Both the position numbers and the translations under genes were made by a program. Positions 63,521 to 64,000 of a stretch of 64,000 nucleotides of DNA are shown here, piece after piece. Each line of letters opens with the position of its first letter. Position 1 is the stretch's first letter. The stretch covers positions 63,178,001 through 63,242,000 of the forward strand of contig JBNRSN020000003.1 in the NCBI GenBank assembly GCA_051313645.2. Direction: 5' to 3'. This DNA is from Centroscyllium fabricii. Its lineage: Eukaryota. The notes below the pieces were generated by a model. The model made no database searches and had not been told where the DNA came from. It worked only from the letters and a program-made list of their open reading frames with translations.

Positions 63521-64000
63521 AGGCCCTGTCACACCTAGACGTTTTAGCCAGCCTATGCAAATGAGTCTAAAACGCTAAACTTTTGACACTTTGTTCAATT
63601 TTTGCGGTTTAGTAGCGTATTCATAACGTATGCCCAACGATAGTCTAACGTATGCATAGCGCGCGGCAGCGTATCGCCAAAGATCACGTGGTGTAGACTT
63701 TTCAAAGGCTGCCATTGGACGATTCAAATCATACCACTACAGATTTAATAAAAGTTGAGCAAACTGTTGATGTTTGCTGATTTTATTGCTTTAATATTTA
63801 AATCATTACAACAATAATTAACAATAATAAATTCAATCACTTTGAAAAAGGTATAATAATATAATGTACATGTATATTGAAAAGTGGATAACTGTAAAAA
63901 AGGCATTAGGATGTTCATTTCAGGAGGAAAGTCTCTTTATTGCCTGAACAATGCTGTAATACAAAAAACTAAATCATCCTATCTTGCCACGGAACTGCGC
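63521..64000. mobile_element. Probable end of a DNA transposon (Harbinger-like) running off the window
   Basis: CR1 tail breaks at TTAA|GGCCCTGTCACAC followed by a CpG-rich subterminal region; other end not visible. Confidence 0.45.

Overview
Vertebrate genomic DNA, almost certainly from a cartilaginous fish judging by the SINE/LINE set. It holds two host genes on the + strand: the last two coding exons of TBCA (12181-12267, 16691-16771) and the complete three-exon homeobox gene OTP (27809-35325, 316 aa). The rest is intronic or intergenic. A nearly transposon-free zone of about 12 kb surrounds the OTP promoter and intron 2. The flanks are dense in decayed or nested mobile elements: CR1, L2 and Rex1/Babar LINEs, four SINE families, Penelope-like remnants with hammerhead ribozyme cores, a Harbinger transposon and MITEs, and a solo LTR. 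The most notable observations are a 5S rRNA-derived SINE with a Rex1/Babar-type 3' tail, minimal hammerhead ribozymes, a Harbinger that kept its Myb/SANT gene but lost the transposase core, an exact 100-bp higher-order tandem repeat, and polyG/polyQ tracts in OTP. I found no CRISPR array and cannot support a wholly new multi-gene system. All family assignments come from recognising the sequence by eye, not from database searches.
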